This document shows positions 1 to 12,326 of a DNA stretch of 64,000 nucleotides, piece by piece (position 1 is the stretch's first letter; each line of letters opens with the position of its first letter). This DNA comes from Octopus sinensis (lineage: Eukaryota): contig NC_043005.1 of the NCBI RefSeq assembly GCF_006345805.1, positions 20,522,001-20,586,000 on the forward strand, read 5' to 3'. The notes under the pieces are model-generated. The model was not told where the DNA came from. It worked only from the letters and a program-made list of their open reading frames with translations, and did no database searches. A program made the position numbers and the translations under genes.

Positions 1-39
1 AGAGAAAAAGTAATGCCAATCAATGTAATTACGTACCTC

Positions 40-960
40 CTGTATTTTGGCATGGTTACTATAGGTGAATATATCTTCCTATCACCAATCTTTATACTGC
101 CTAAAGAGAGTACATTTTCTCATGTTATTAAAGTTAGTGAAGTTGTCTGCTGGGACTAAAAAATCTTCTCTACTTAAAATATATACCTATTCAGAATGGT
201 TCCATGGTATTGAGAAAAAATTGGTCAGAGAATTCACTTAGTTGTTTTTCAAGGATTTTGTTCTTTCCTATTGAAACGCTTCCTTCTTGAGACCTTGGTC
301 TTAAGAGGAAATTCACTAGGTTTAATGATTTCAGTATTACAATACTCATGAATACCAAGATATCATCACTACTGTAATGAATCTTGCTGGTTCCAAAAGA
401 AAGTTGAGCTATTTCTCCCTATTTCTATGAGGACAGTTAACAAAGGTTGAAATCACAGACCTCACTTCAGTATTTATCCTAGGTGCTCTCAAGAAGTTTG
501 AGTACATTCACAGTTCAGGATTATACAGAGACAACAGCATATCGATCTCATCTAATATGAACATCCATGAACAGGTTTAGGAAGAACTTAACAGGAATCT
601 CCAAGGAGTTTAATTTGAAATAAAGATTACAAATAATCTAACTACATTCAGCTAATTGGACATTACTTTAGATTTGAAGTCAGATATCAGACAAGTATTA
701 GCTCTACAGAAGGCCTAAAAGAAAGAGAATGGGAACTTTTATAGGAATTTCAACTATGATTCCCAAGCTATATTAAGATAGTTATTACTTGACATTACTA
801 AAATAATCTTGAATTTATCCTCAAATACAGACACTTTTGACTGCATTTATTTATTATGCAACAAGGTGTTAGCTAGGATTTGCTTTAGCAAGAAAATAGT
901 CTAAATAAAGTGTAAATACATTTACACAAGTTTCATGAACTGGCACTTATCAAACGTATC
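40..960 (+). mobile_element. Fossil Penelope-like RT fragment (copy 1 of a block that follows B exons)
   Basis: gga tta tac aga gac aac (GLYRDN, degenerate GLYRDDG) at 518-535 and LDITLDLKS at about 656-683. Many stops. Confidence 0.65.
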
Positions 961-1074
961 AAAATTGGTTAAGTACTAATGCATGAGACTTTCAGACCAT
1001 GGGCCACTTTGTAACTTTTGCTGATGAAATAATATACAGGGTGGGCCAACAGTGATGCACCAAAACATTTGGAA

Positions 1075-1299
1075 TTTTGGCAGAATTATTAGCACACCAA
1101 GTGAAATGCTTAGCAATATTTCGTCTACCACTACATTCTGAATTCAAATTCTGTCAAGATCAACTTTGCTTTCATCCTGTTGGGGTCAATGAATTAAGTA
1201 CCAGTTGAACACTGGGATCAATGTAATCAGCACATCTATTCCCCTAAAATGGTTTTCCTTGTAGCAAACATCCTTTGCCCTTGTAGCAAATAAATGAAA

Positions 1300-1333
<34 letters not shown>

Positions 1334-1555
1334 AGAGTAAGCTGGCAGAATCATTGGGCTGATTAGCATGCTTAGCGGTATTTTGTCTGTTTCATATTCT
1401 GAGTTCAAATTCTGCTGAGGTCAACTTTGCTTTTCATCCTTTCAGGGTCGATAAATGAAGTACTAGTGAAATACTGGGGTCAATGTAATTGACTAGTAGT
1501 CCCCTCCCCGCAAATTTCAGGCCTTGTACTTTTAGTAGAAAGGATTATTATCATT
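1075..1555 (+). mobile_element. Two adjacent SINE copies with (ATT)n tails
   Basis: Repeated ggcagaat...ttctga(a/g)ttcaaattctg...ggtcaatgtaat...gccttgta motif. The same family recurs at 22395-22690 and, degraded, before each B exon. Confidence 0.65.
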
Positions 1556-1673
1556 ATTTTTGTTTTTTAGTTTTTTTGTTTTTTGTTCTTTTTTTTTATT
1601 TTGTGTGTCACACTTTTCTATTGTCCCCCATGCTTTGAGTCCTTGTGGCCAATAAAAGATATCATTATTATTA

Positions 1674-1728
<55 letters not shown>

Positions 1729-1774
1729 CATATATTATTATTATATTATTATTTTTTATTGTTATTATTATTAT

Positions 1775-2893
1775 TGAGTGAGAGAGCAGTGTATGCCATC
1801 AAAGTGACACTGGGGTAAAATATATGAAACCCAGTATACCCATCATGACTACCCGTCTGATAAGGGAACACCAGGCACATGCATCACCACCATATGTGCA
1901 CAACATGGTGATCTCATATCAAGATAAACAGTGCATGATCTTGCAGGTATGGCCCACTTAGAATTTTCTTCCTGCTCAAAAGGTCCCTGAATAAGGGTTG
2001 TTTAATGATGTTGAACGAAACACCCATGTTTCCAGAGGGGAATTACCTAAATCCCAAAGAATTCTCTCAACACATGACTATGATGCTCCCCCACTACTTC
2101 TGCTCATGATCAGAGCTGCACATATCATCAGCCATTAAGGGACATGCTCAACTGTTAAGGTCAAGCAACTGACAATCAAATCTGAGGTACTGAGCAGAAT
2201 ATTTGCTGATGTCCATCTTTTATACCAAGACAAAACAATGTATATAATAACACTTCTAATCAGTTAAGATCAGAAGCTATGAGAGCCACTGCCTGGTTAT
2301 TATTATCATTATCATTATTGTTATCATTATTATTATTATTATTGAGTGAGAGAGCAGTGCATGCCATTAAAGTGACACAGGGGTAAAATATACGAAGCCC
2401 AGTATACCCATCATGACTACCCGTCTGATAAGGGTACACCAGGCACATGCATCACAACCATATGTGCGCGACATGATGATCTCATATCAAGATAAACAGC
2501 ACATGACCTTGTAGGTGGGGCCCAGTTAGAATTTTCTTCTGGTCAAGTAACCCATCCTGCTCAAAAGGTCCCTGAGTAAGGGTTGTTTAAGGATGTTGAA
2601 TGAAACACCCATGTTTCCAGAGGTGAATTATTCAAACCCCAAAGAATTCCTCTCAACACATGGCTATGATACTTCTGCTCATGATCAGAGATGCACATAT
2701 CATCAGCCACTAAGGGACATGCTCAACTGGTTAAGGTCAAATAACTGACAAGCAAATCTGTGGTATTGAGCAGAATATTTGCTGATGTCCATCTTTTATA
2801 CCAAGACAAAACAATGTACATGATAACACTTCCAATCAGTTAAGATCAGAAGCCATGAGAACCACTGCCTGGTACTGCATCAGGGCATTTATT
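1775..2893 (-). repeat. Tandem pair of a ~520-550 bp interspersed repeat (1775-2294, 2343-2893), each with a (TTA)n tract at its left end
   Basis: The two copies align throughout (tgagtgagagagcagtg...gatcagaagc...ccactgcctgg). Family not identified. Confidence 0.75.
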
Positions 2894-2921
2894 ATCATTA
2901 TTATTATTATTATTATTATTA

Positions 2922-2991
<70 letters not shown>

Positions 2992-3008
2992 TTATTATTA
3001 TTATATTA

Positions 3009-3045
<37 letters not shown>

Positions 3046-3070
3046 TATATTATTATTATTATTATCATCA
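2893..3070. repeat. Compound (ATT)n/(CAT)n microsatellite
   Basis: Visible directly. Similar (ATT)n tracts occur at 1303-1331 and 1660-1775. Confidence 0.95.
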
Positions 3071-3489
3071 TTATTTAATAGATATTTTAGAATATCAGAT
3101 AACTGATATTTTAAATAGTATCCTAGAAAACCATCTGGTTTATTATTTAATAGATTGATAATATATTTTGAAAACATAGTCCATTTGCAAAATCACATTT
3201 CATCTAACCCATCCTTTTCTGAATTTATGTGACTTCTAGAACATCATGAGAAAGATGTAAAGCCTTTCTTCAATATTTAATTTATATATAATCCATTTGT
3301 ACATCCCTCTTTATATGGTTTGTTTTTGTTTAACATTGAATGGTTATAATACCAGTAGACATTTTGATTGACTTCCCATTTAAGGAAGTTTCAACCCTAC
3401 AAAGGCATACCATTCTGATGGAGGATATACTAATGGAGTATCTGTAATCAATAGTAGGATTGGCATAAACAGGTAGACTGTATTGGGCC

Positions 3490-3800
3490 ATATATGATGT
3501 TGTTGTTTGTTTCTTCTTTGAGTCATGCCTGGCTTATAAGGGCTAGTTTCCTGGGTTCATTGGCGTATAAGTTCCCCACCTGGATGGGACGCTGGTCCAT
3601 CACAGGTGAGCTGCTAGATGCTGGAGGAAAGAGTGAGAGAAAGAAAGAGTCAGAAGAAGTTCACCATTACCTTCTGCTGGAGCTACGTGGAGCTTAGGTG
3701 TTTCACTAATAAACACACACATCATCTGGTCTGAGATTCGAACCCATGATCCCTCAACTGTGAGTCCACTGCTCTAACCACTAGACCATGTGCCTCCACA
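3490..3800 (-). mobile_element. tRNA-derived SINE
   Basis: The minus-strand head gtggaggcacatggtctagtggttagagcagtggactc...gggttcgaatc has A-box and B-box motifs. It interrupts the conserved pre-A intron block. Confidence 0.7.
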
Positions 3801-3979
3801 TTGCACCAGATATAGTTTGCTTAAATACTAAAGAGTTGAGTCTCAAGATGTACTACAACTCACAAGAATGCTGATGAGGGTGTCAATTTGTTGTATGTAT
3901 ATGGTGTGGTGTATATATGTATGTCTTACTGACTTTGTGTATGAGTATACAATATATTTCTTGTTTTCTTTTTTTCCAG

Positions 3980-4216
3980 CTGATGATGATGATGTTAATA
4001 GATTTAAAGCAACTTCTGTACCAAAGCAAAGTACTATTGGACGGCTTAAAGGTGTGAAATTAAAGGAATGTCTTCATGCTTGCCAACTTTATCCAGGATG
4101 CTTATCTTTTGCGTACAATGAGGATTTTACATTGTGTAATCTGAATAATGCAAGTTCCGGAACTCAAGAACTTAAACCCAATGATAAAACTTGGGATACT
4201 TACTTCATTAACCCAA
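3980..4216 (+). CDS. Exon A1, PAN/apple-like domain (xDDDDVNRFKATSVPKQSTIGRLKGVKLKECLHACQLYPGCLSFAYNEDFTLCNLNNASSGTQELKPNDKTWDTYFINP)
   Basis: Acceptor ttttttccag, donor gtcagt, 237 nt. The C-x3-C-x5-C-x-S-F-x-Y...C-x-L pattern and terminal W-D-x-Y match the PAN module (4-Cys type). Confidence 0.88.
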
Positions 4217-4319
4217 GTCAGTAGCATTTTCATTTTATTAATTGTATGAGTGTTTGTGTATATTTACATATACCTATATGTGTGTACATAACAACATATG
4301 AATATATTTAAGTAACATA

Positions 4320-4660
4320 CGTTGCCTTACTGGCGCTTGTGCTGGTGGCACGTGAAAAAACATTCAAGCGAGGTCATTGCCAGTGCTGCTGGACTGGCAC
4401 CTGTGCAAGTGGCACATAAAAAGCTCCATTTGAGCGTAGCATTGCCAGTACTGCCAGACTGGCCCTCATGCCGGTGGCACGTAAAAGCACCCACTACACT
4501 CTCAGAGTGGTTGGCGTTAGGAAGAGCATCCAGCTGTAGAAACTCTGCCAGATCAGATTGGAGTCTGGTGCAACCATCTGGTTCACCAGAGCTCAGTCAA
4601 ATCGTCCACCCATGCTAGCCTGGAAAGTGCACGTTAAATGATGATGATGATGATGATGAT
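4320..4660 (+). mobile_element. SINE or LINE-tail repeat with (GAT)n tail
   Basis: ggcgttaggaag(a/g)gcatccagctgtagaaac...catgctagc...gttaaatgatgatg. Also at 11121-11460 (both orientations), 14740-14960(-), 36095-36350(+), 40930-41080(-) and 63070-63225(-). Confidence 0.7.
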
Positions 4661-4661
4661 G

Positions 4662-4697
<36 letters not shown>

Positions 4698-4791
4698 ATA
4701 TATATATATATTATATATATATCCAGAATTTAGAGAATGTATTTGATAAAATCTAGGTTACACATGTTATATAGCTAGCAAACCTCAGAAG

Positions 4792-4824
<33 letters not shown>

Positions 4825-5269
4825 TTATACATATATATGTACACTCACACACAAACAAGAAATTACAATAAACACAAGTTGATATCATTTGTTTCTAATT
4901 ATGCTTCACCACTGAATTTCTTTGGAACCTTCATTTAATGTTTCAAGAGAAATCGGATAATCAAATGCAACACATTATCGAGGACCCTGTTAATGTAACC
5001 ATGATGTTCTCGTGATCTGATGAGCCAACTTTTTTTGCTTTCACATAATGCTGTCACACTCCAGATTGAGCTAAATCTTATCTACTAATTAGCAAATGAA
5101 TATAATATGAAATTCAATGAATCAAAATTTCAGGTTCTTCATTATGGAGTTGACATGCACAAAACTTATTAGACATCAGAAAACCAATTATTGAAAGCTC
5201 AAAAAAATATACTAGACTTAGGAGTAATCATGTCAAATGCTGCATCTTTCATCAGACATCAACTTGATC

Positions 5270-5650
5270 TTTTGCTAACCAACCACATGGTTCTGGGTTC
5301 AGTCCCACTGCGTGGCATCTTGGGCAAGTGTCTTCTGCTATAGCCCTGGGCCGACCAATGCCTTGTGAGTGGATTTGGTAGACGGAAACTGAAAGAAGCC
5401 TGTCGTATATATGATATATATATATATGTATGTTTGTGTGTCTGTGTTTGTCTCCCTAGCATTGCTTGACAACCGATGCTGGTGTGTGTTTACGTCCCCG
5501 TCACTTAGCGGTTTCGGCAAAAGAGACGAGAAGAATAAGTACTGGGCTTACAAAGAATAAGTCCGGGGTGATTTGCTTGACTAAAGGCGGGTGCTCCAGC
5601 ATGGCCGCAGTCAAATGACTGAAACAAGTAAAAGAGTAAAAGAGTAAAAG
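5270..5650 (+). mobile_element. tRNA-head SINE
   Basis: ttgctaaccaaccacatggttctgggttcagtcccactgcgtggc...gatttggtagacggaaactgaaagaagcc. A fuller copy lies at 11478-11900(+), an inverted copy at 62590-62950(-) and a head fragment at 23770-23880. Confidence 0.7.
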
Positions 5651-5779
5651 AGAGTATCTTATTGGATGAAAACCTTCATAACTCAAGAACCAGTAGTTCT
5701 GCTGACTCTATGGAAAGCCTTAGTTATGAGTATACTAGCTTACTGCTCAGAGCTTTGATCTCCATATAGACCCAGTCTC

Positions 5780-6240
5780 ATAGAAGAAATCAAAGGGTTA
5801 CAGTGAACCCTCACAAGTAAGATAACTTCTGTTAAATTACTAAGGACCTCTCAAAGCTCGACATCTCTACTCCCTTGAATGATAGAGATATGTTTTTATT
5901 TATGTATGGAGGATCCTGGATGGTCATGTTCCAAACTTCAGCATTAAAGAAAACTTTAATGCCAGACCTGGTTTCCAGATATGCCACCTTCAAAATGATG
6001 AACAAGGACACTTTATTGCAATAATCTGGTATTTAGAGGCCCTCAAATATTCAACAACTTACATAAAGAAATCAGAAACATAAAAGAGACTTCTACTGAA
6101 AATAATTCAAGAAATCATTGGATGAATTCCTCACCAAAATACTGAACCAGCCAGCAATACAAGGTTACACTCAAGAAAGATCAACTGCTGCTAATTCATA
6201 TAGAGACCAACTTACAGCCATAAGATTTCAACAAACCTGA
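5780..6240 (+). mobile_element. CR1-group LINE 3' relic
   Basis: Translates to fragments like LYSLE*(R)...YVWRILDGHVPNF, typical of CR1/L2/Crack-group C-termini. Confidence 0.5.
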
Positions 6241-6689
6241 TAAAAAGATAGTAATGTATAAAAAAAATAAATAAAAGTAAATAAAAATATGGTAGTACTC
6301 CACTATGGCTACAGTCCATCAATCAAAGCCACAAAGAGAAAAAAAAAGTAGAAAAATGTATCTACAGATTGTGTTGAGTTAAAAGTTTTGCAATATTTTG
6401 GTAAATTACTTGCTTTATTCATCAAGTTACAACAAAAGTGGCCTGGCATTCAAAATGGAGGATATTGTGTTGCACTGTCTGAAGCCACTTTTCTGCCAGT
6501 TCTTTGATTCCATGCTGATACCAGTTCCAGTCCTTTGAGGATAAGAACTCCTTCAGGGAAACTTTCACCTCTTCTTTGTTGATGAAGCCTCACAAGCACA
6601 GGAAGCGAGCTATGGATCAGAGCAATTAATAATCTAAGAGTGTGGAATCAGTTTGATTCCCACAGTTCCTAGAGTTTATCCCGAGTTGT

Positions 6690-7150
6690 GCCATAACAAA
6701 GATACTTTGGACCAAAAGGAGTAGCAATCCTAGTGACAAGTATGGTGTGTGATCTGGGGATTGATATGAATAAAACCTCATTTCATGTGCATATCACCAA
6801 GCTGGTGGCAATGTGCAGGCAAATTGCCAGATGGATTCTGAGAACTTTCAAAATGAGGTACCAGGAAACTATGTTGGTTCTATGGAGGACATTTGTCTTC
6901 AGCTGTCTGGACTACTGCTCTTAACTGTGGTCACCTCACTATCAAATTAATAGTGGAACTTGAGTTAGTTCAGCTGTGCTACATGAGAAAGATTGCATCG
7001 ATAGAACAGCTGAGTTACTTGGAGAGACTGAAAGAGTTGTGACTCTACTTCTTGGAGCAAAGATGAGAGCGATACATAATGATATATGTATGAAAGGTCC
7101 TGGATGAGTTGGCATCAAATTCTCAGCATTGACTCCTAATGGACCAGGAA
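6690..7150 (+). mobile_element. CR1/L2-group LINE RT C-terminal relic
   Basis: ORF 6733-6924 DLGIDM...FHVHITKLVAMCRQIARWILRTFKMRYQETMLVLWRTFVFSCLDYCS, then LWSPH after the stop. Confidence 0.7.
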
Positions 7151-7689
7151 CTTTCCATGTTTATATATCTTTAATTGTCTTATCTGTTATACAGCTGTCA
7201 ACTAGGACAACTTGTACCTCTATTGGGTTCACATAGGGGAGACACCCGTTCTCCCATTCACTCTCCACATTTAATAGACTTTCATAGTAGCTCTTCCATA
7301 CCTTTTTCTTTCAGAATCATCATTAAATGCCAAGCATACCATTATCCAGTCTGGAAATGGAAGATATAGAAGCTTGAAGACTCAGCAAATTGACAGAAAT
7401 TTAGAGATATTCTAATGGAAGCCTCTAACAAGAAGAAGGACGAGTTGGAAACATAGCTTAAAGGAAAACTGGAAGTTTCTATGGGACAACCTACTGCGGG
7501 CTACAGATTAAATCTGTAACTGATGCAAAGTTGCAGCCAGGTTGAGAATGACAGCACTATAAAAGCAAAGAGATGGGCCTGGAAAGATTGGAAATATGGT
7601 GGTAGCAGAAAATTGTATCAGGTATCCCGAAGGGAAGCTAGGTGACAGGTTTACATAGTGAAAAGAAAAGCAGGAAGTAATGTTGTTTG

Positions 7690-8800
7690 GTATGCTCCAC
7701 CCTTTTCACCCAATGTTAAAACTTGCATGGGAAGAATTTTCCTTAGTTTAAGGATAAACACTTCACCCAATCACACATAACAGAGATTTGTTTAATAGGC
7801 ACAACCTGAGAATCTCGTTCAGTTGTGCACCCAGCATTAAGAAAATTTTAGTGAGTACCCCTAAGCCATGAGCAGAAGCAGTATGCTCATGTATGTGAAA
7901 TGACAACCAAGTGGGGATTGGTTAAAACTGCATGGGAAGAATTTTCCTTAGTTTAAGGATAAACACTTCACCCAATCACACATACAGAGATTTGTTAATA
8001 GGCACAACCTGAGATCTCGTTCAGTTGTGCACCCAGCATTAAGAAAATTTTAGTGAGTACCCCTAAGCCATGAGCAGAAGCAGTATGCTCATGTATGGTG
8101 TATAATGACAACCAAGTGGGGATTGATGTGAAGTTTAAGGTTTGAATTGGTAGCTAGCATTAACAGCCAGAGCAACAACCTAAGCACCAATGACACTACT
8201 AACAGCAGCAATGATGACAACAATGACAGTGGTGGCAGCAGTGCCTCAAGCAGCAGAGGCAACAATACCAACAGTCATGATGGCAGTTGCAACACTGACA
8301 TTGCGGCCAGGAGTGGCCTCTACACTAGCAACACATCTTCAAGAATAACAGCACTGACAGTGACTCTAGGACAGCATCTATGGCAATAAGAACAACATCA
8401 AACCTGGAGTTTATGAAACAAACATCAGTGATGGTGGTACATCCAATACACAAACAGTTCAACTGGGCCCCCATTTATACAATATCTGAACAACCACAGG
8501 TCCTCTATTAGGTTACAAGAAAGGCATAACATTACATCCCTACCAGTCACGTATGGCACTTAAAAGAGAAAGGAACATAAGTGAAAACTCTCTGAGCAGC
8601 CAGGACCTTATATTAATGGAAGCAAGCAATGTAAGCTTTGCTTGGCAGAGAGAGCAAGAATCCTAGAAAACTTACCTGACATGGAGACCTTTTTAAACTT
8701 CAGGAAAGAATTATGTTGTCAATGCCCACATCTAAAACATTTCCTACTACAAACCTGGAATTCCCCATTCATTGTGGCAGAGTTTCAAATATCACTATGG
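7690..8800 (+). mobile_element. Penelope-like element relic (post-RT linker plus GIY-YIG tail)
   Basis: PFSPNVKTCMGRIF...DKHF...FNRHNLRISFSCAP and YINGSKQCKLCLAERARI...LNFRKELCCQCPHLKHFLL are characteristic PLE motifs. Confidence 0.65.
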
Positions 8801-9039
8801 CTGGAACATTTGCATGGTGGATAACATCATCCAACCTGTAACACTTCCTGCATGGACAAATATTTTTTGTTTACAAAACTAATTGACCTCCACTTGTAGA
8901 GAGGTTATGCACCTTTGGGCATTTGCATCTGACAAGTTGCCTGTACATCTAAGCACTTTATAGGTGTGAAACCAATGGTCACTCTCTGACTGGTCATAGC
9001 CATTAACTTACTAAACATATATATATATATATATATGTA

Positions 9040-10793
9040 GAGGTTGAAAAGGAGCACACAAGTTGATATATATGGAAAAAAATGTCAAGATAGAAAATGC
9101 TAAAATAATCTTATAAAAAACATTTCAGTACCGATTTCAGTCATTGAGACTTTTTCAACTGTAAGTATGGAAAACAATTAAATTTGGAAAAATTAAAAGA
9201 ATATTTGTATAGTGTTCAAATACAAGTGGTATTTTCCTTGTTTCTGTCTGTCTCTGTCTCTCTTGTTTTCTCTTGTGGGTTTGAGGTCATTGTAAATTCT
9301 TGGTAGGGAAGAAGAAGAAGAAGAAGAAGAAGAAGAGAGAAGAAGAAGAAGAAGAAGAAGCAGAAGAAGAAGAAGAAGAAGAAGAAGAAGAAGAATGTGG
9401 GAGTGCCATGACAGTAGTATGTTGAATGATCAGCTGTCCTGAAAATGACCAGCTGTGGATGGTAGCGGTCACTGTTCAATTCACAAAACATCTCTTTTGA
9501 ATGTTTTGTGTATAAAATTTGCGTAGGTGTTATTCTAAACAGCAATATTGATAAAGAGTTAGGAAGGAGACAAAGAAGAAGAAGAAAGAGAAGGGAGAAT
9601 AAGAAGAAATGTAGGTAGTGTGAAAGTAGTAAGGTGTTAAATGTTCAAATGACTTAAAATTGGCAAGTTATGGATTATAGCAGTGATTGGGACTATTTTT
9701 TAATGAATTATTGGGAATCTCTTGTATGTATCATTTTTAATATTTGCGTGTGTATTTGTGTTATTCTAAGGCCATGGTGGATATGTCGTTTGTTGTAGAT
9801 GCGTTCAAAAAGGGTCTGTATTTTGTAATAAAGAGCGTCTCTTTACTAATTCGTTGGCTCCAGGTTGTATCGTCCCTGAATTGGTAGAGGGGAAAAATTC
9901 TGAAGCTTGGATTTTTGTTATTGGTGCAAATGTCTATATGTTGGCTGAATGCTATTTTTCTGTTTTGGGGAATTTTGATCTGGGATCTGTGCAGAGCCAT
10001 TCTTTTACATAGACTGTTTTTTGTTTGGCCTATGTATTGCTCTTGACACCCAGAGCAGGTTAGTGCGTATATCAGGTTCTCCAAAGCACATGTGAAGTTG
10101 CTTTTCACTGTGAAACATTGTCCATGTTTGAAGGAGAACTCTGATCCCGCAATTAAATTGTCACATATCCCACAGTTGGGTCTTCTGCATTTTTTTAATG
10201 ATAGTGCGTCTTTGGAGGATTAAGTTCATTCTGTGGTCCTTTTTTAGCAGGGGTATATTTTGGAGGATGGTGTCGAAGGCTTTATTTTTGAGAGGGTTGT
10301 GTGTGGAGATGTATGGTAGGGCTTTTGGTTGTAAATCTTTCTTTAATTTGGGATGTCTGAGTTACTGCATGTTGAGTTGAAGGGCACGTTGAAAGCATAT
10401 GTCAATTAATGAAGGTGAGTAGTTTCTGGTGATGAGTGTATCTTTTAGTTCATGTAGTCGTGTGTCTCTGGTGTCTGCATTAGAAACTATAGTACATATC
10501 CTTTTTGCTAGGTTGACGGGGATATTCATTCTGGTGTGTCTGGGGTGGCATGAGTTGAACGGTAAATATTGCTTGAAATCCATAGGCTTATAGTATATAT
10601 CTGTTTTTATTACATTGTTAGATTTCTCAATGAAGATGTCGAGGAAGGGAAGTTGTTGCTGGCTATATTCCATCGTAAATTGAATGTTTACATCAAGTCC
10701 ATTTAAAAGTGCTTGGAATTCTTTAAGTTTCTCTATATTTTCATGCCAAAGAATGAAACAGTTATCTAAGTATCTCTTCCAGAGACAGTACTT
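9040..10793 (-). mobile_element. 5'-truncated Penelope-like retroelement (RT C-half plus GIY-YIG endonuclease), inactive
   Basis: WKRYLDNCFILW (YxDD mutated to YLDN), LPFLDI, IYYKPMD..QYLPFNSCHP, then NLIYALTCSGCQEQYIGQTKNSLCKRMALH (ORF 9761-10108). A stop follows the RT part. Confidence 0.9.
9308..9395. repeat. (GAA)n microsatellite
   Basis: Visible directly. Confidence 0.95.
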
Positions 10794-11077
10794 TCTTGAT
10801 ACACCAAACATTTCAGTTGCTTTCGTTATGCTAGCACCTCCCAAACGAGCACCAACAACATGACCTCTTTGAAAGTCTGATAGATCTGTCATTTTAATGA
10901 ATATTAATTACCTTTTTCTGATGATATCTGAAAAGAAACAGCAATTTAGCAAAACATATTAAGCAACACTAATAATAAATCAAAAAACATAAAAATAAAC
11001 AAGAATTTGATGGTTTTATAGATATTTCAAAATTATGATGGATGCTAGGTGTTTCCATTATTTTGTCCAACCCCTCT
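10794..11077 (-). mobile_element. Tc1-like transposon 5' end (TIR plus N-terminal HTH)
   Basis: TIR-like ta|gaggggttggacaaaataatggaaacacc on the minus strand, and MTDLSDFQRGHVVGARLGGASITKATEMFGVSR, a Tc1 transposase N-terminus. Confidence 0.75.
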
Positions 11078-11120
11078 ACATGTATAGACATATATATATG
11101 TTTTCATGAAATATATATAT

Positions 11121-11460
11121 CATCATCTTCCTCATCAAAATTTAACGTCTGCTTTCCATGCTAGCATGGGTTGGACGATTTGACTGAGGACTGGCGAACC
11201 AGATGGCTGCACCAGGCTCCAGTCTGATCTAGCAGAGTTTCTACAGCTGGATGCCCTTCCTAACACCAATCACTCCGAGAGTGTAGTGGATGCTTTTACA
11301 TGCCACCAGCACAAAGATGGCGTTAGGAAGGGCATCCAGCTGTAGAAACTCTGCCAAATCAGATTGGAGCCTGGTGCAGCCATCCGGTTCGCCAGTACTC
11401 AGTCAAATCGTCCAACCCATGCTAGCATGGAAAGCGGACGTTAAATGATGAGGATGATGA
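11121..11460. repeat. Head-to-head inverted pair of the (GAT)n-tailed repeat (arms ~11121-11268 and ~11318-11460)
   Basis: The arms are near-exact reverse complements separated by a ~50 nt spacer. Confidence 0.85.
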
Positions 11461-11641
11461 TGATGATATACACATATGGGCGCAGGAGTGGTTGTGTGGT
11501 AAGTAGCTTGCTAACCAACCACAGGGTTCCGGGTTCAGTTCCCCTGCATGGCACCTTAGGCAAGTGTCATCTACTATAGCCTCAGGCCAACCAAAACCCT
11601 GTGAGTGGGTTTGGTAGATAGAAACTGAAAGAAGCCTTTTG

Positions 11642-11688
<47 letters not shown>

Positions 11689-11919
11689 TATGTATGTATT
11701 TGTTTGTGCATCTGTGTTTGTCCCCCACCCATTGCTTGACAACCAATATTGGTGTGTTTATGTCCCCATAACTTAGTCATTCAGCAAAAGAAACTGATAT
11801 AATAAGTACTAGGCTTACAAAGATAAGTCCTGGGGTCGATTTGTTTGACTAAACGTAGTGTTCCAGCATGGTCACAGTCAAATGACTGAAACAAATAAAA
11901 TAAAAAATAAAATAATATA

Positions 11920-11963
<44 letters not shown>

Positions 11964-12155
11964 TATATACATATTTAAAAGTTAGCAAAGTTAGCAGTTG
12001 GAATAACCATCTCAGGAATAAGAATATCCATTATAAATATATATATTTATAAATGTTTGTGTAAATTTCTACCATTTCACTCAATATCTTTCATTCTAAA
12101 TTTCTCATCCTCCTAATATACATCCACTATCTACATGAATTATGATCAATTTCAG

Positions 12156-12326
12156 ATTTTAAACCTGTTAAATGTGGACCTCCAAAAGATATTACTGGTG
12201 CATCAAAGTTATTCATGTCTACTACCTACAAATCTGTAGTGACATATACTTGCTCAAATGGAGAGAAATTTAAAGCGCAATGTGAAAAGGACAGTAAATG
12301 GTCTTTAGTACAACTTAGTTGTAAAG
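12156..12326 (+). CDS. Exon C1, Sushi/CCP domain (xFKPVKCGPPKDITGASKLFMSTTYKSVVTYTCSNGEKFKAQCEKDSKWSLVQLSCK)
   Basis: Acceptor caatttcag, donor gtaaaa, 171 nt, open frame. C-x-x-P...V-T-Y-T-C...C...W...C is the CCP signature. Not in the ORF track. Confidence 0.88.

Noticed and set aside
1583-3106. ORFs of poly-I/L/Y/S/N (1583-1777, 2260-2448, 2855-3106) that look hydrophobic or TM-like
   Set aside because: They are translations of (ATT)n/(CAT)n microsatellites, not signal-peptide or TM exons of the PAN gene.
3483-3800. tRNA-like A/B boxes here and at ~11478, 19440-19540 and 30370
   Set aside because: SINE heads with no complete cloverleaf; not tRNA genes.
7715-8125. Tandem duplication of ~206 bp (7715-7920, 7921-8125)
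   Set aside because: The second copy differs mostly by single-base deletions, typical of a noisy-read false duplication, and it lies inside a dead PLE.
8147-8389. S/N/T-rich ORF resembling a mucin-like linker exon
   Set aside because: A degenerate (CAA/CAG/GAC)n tract within the PLE relic, with no splice sites or paralogs in other units.
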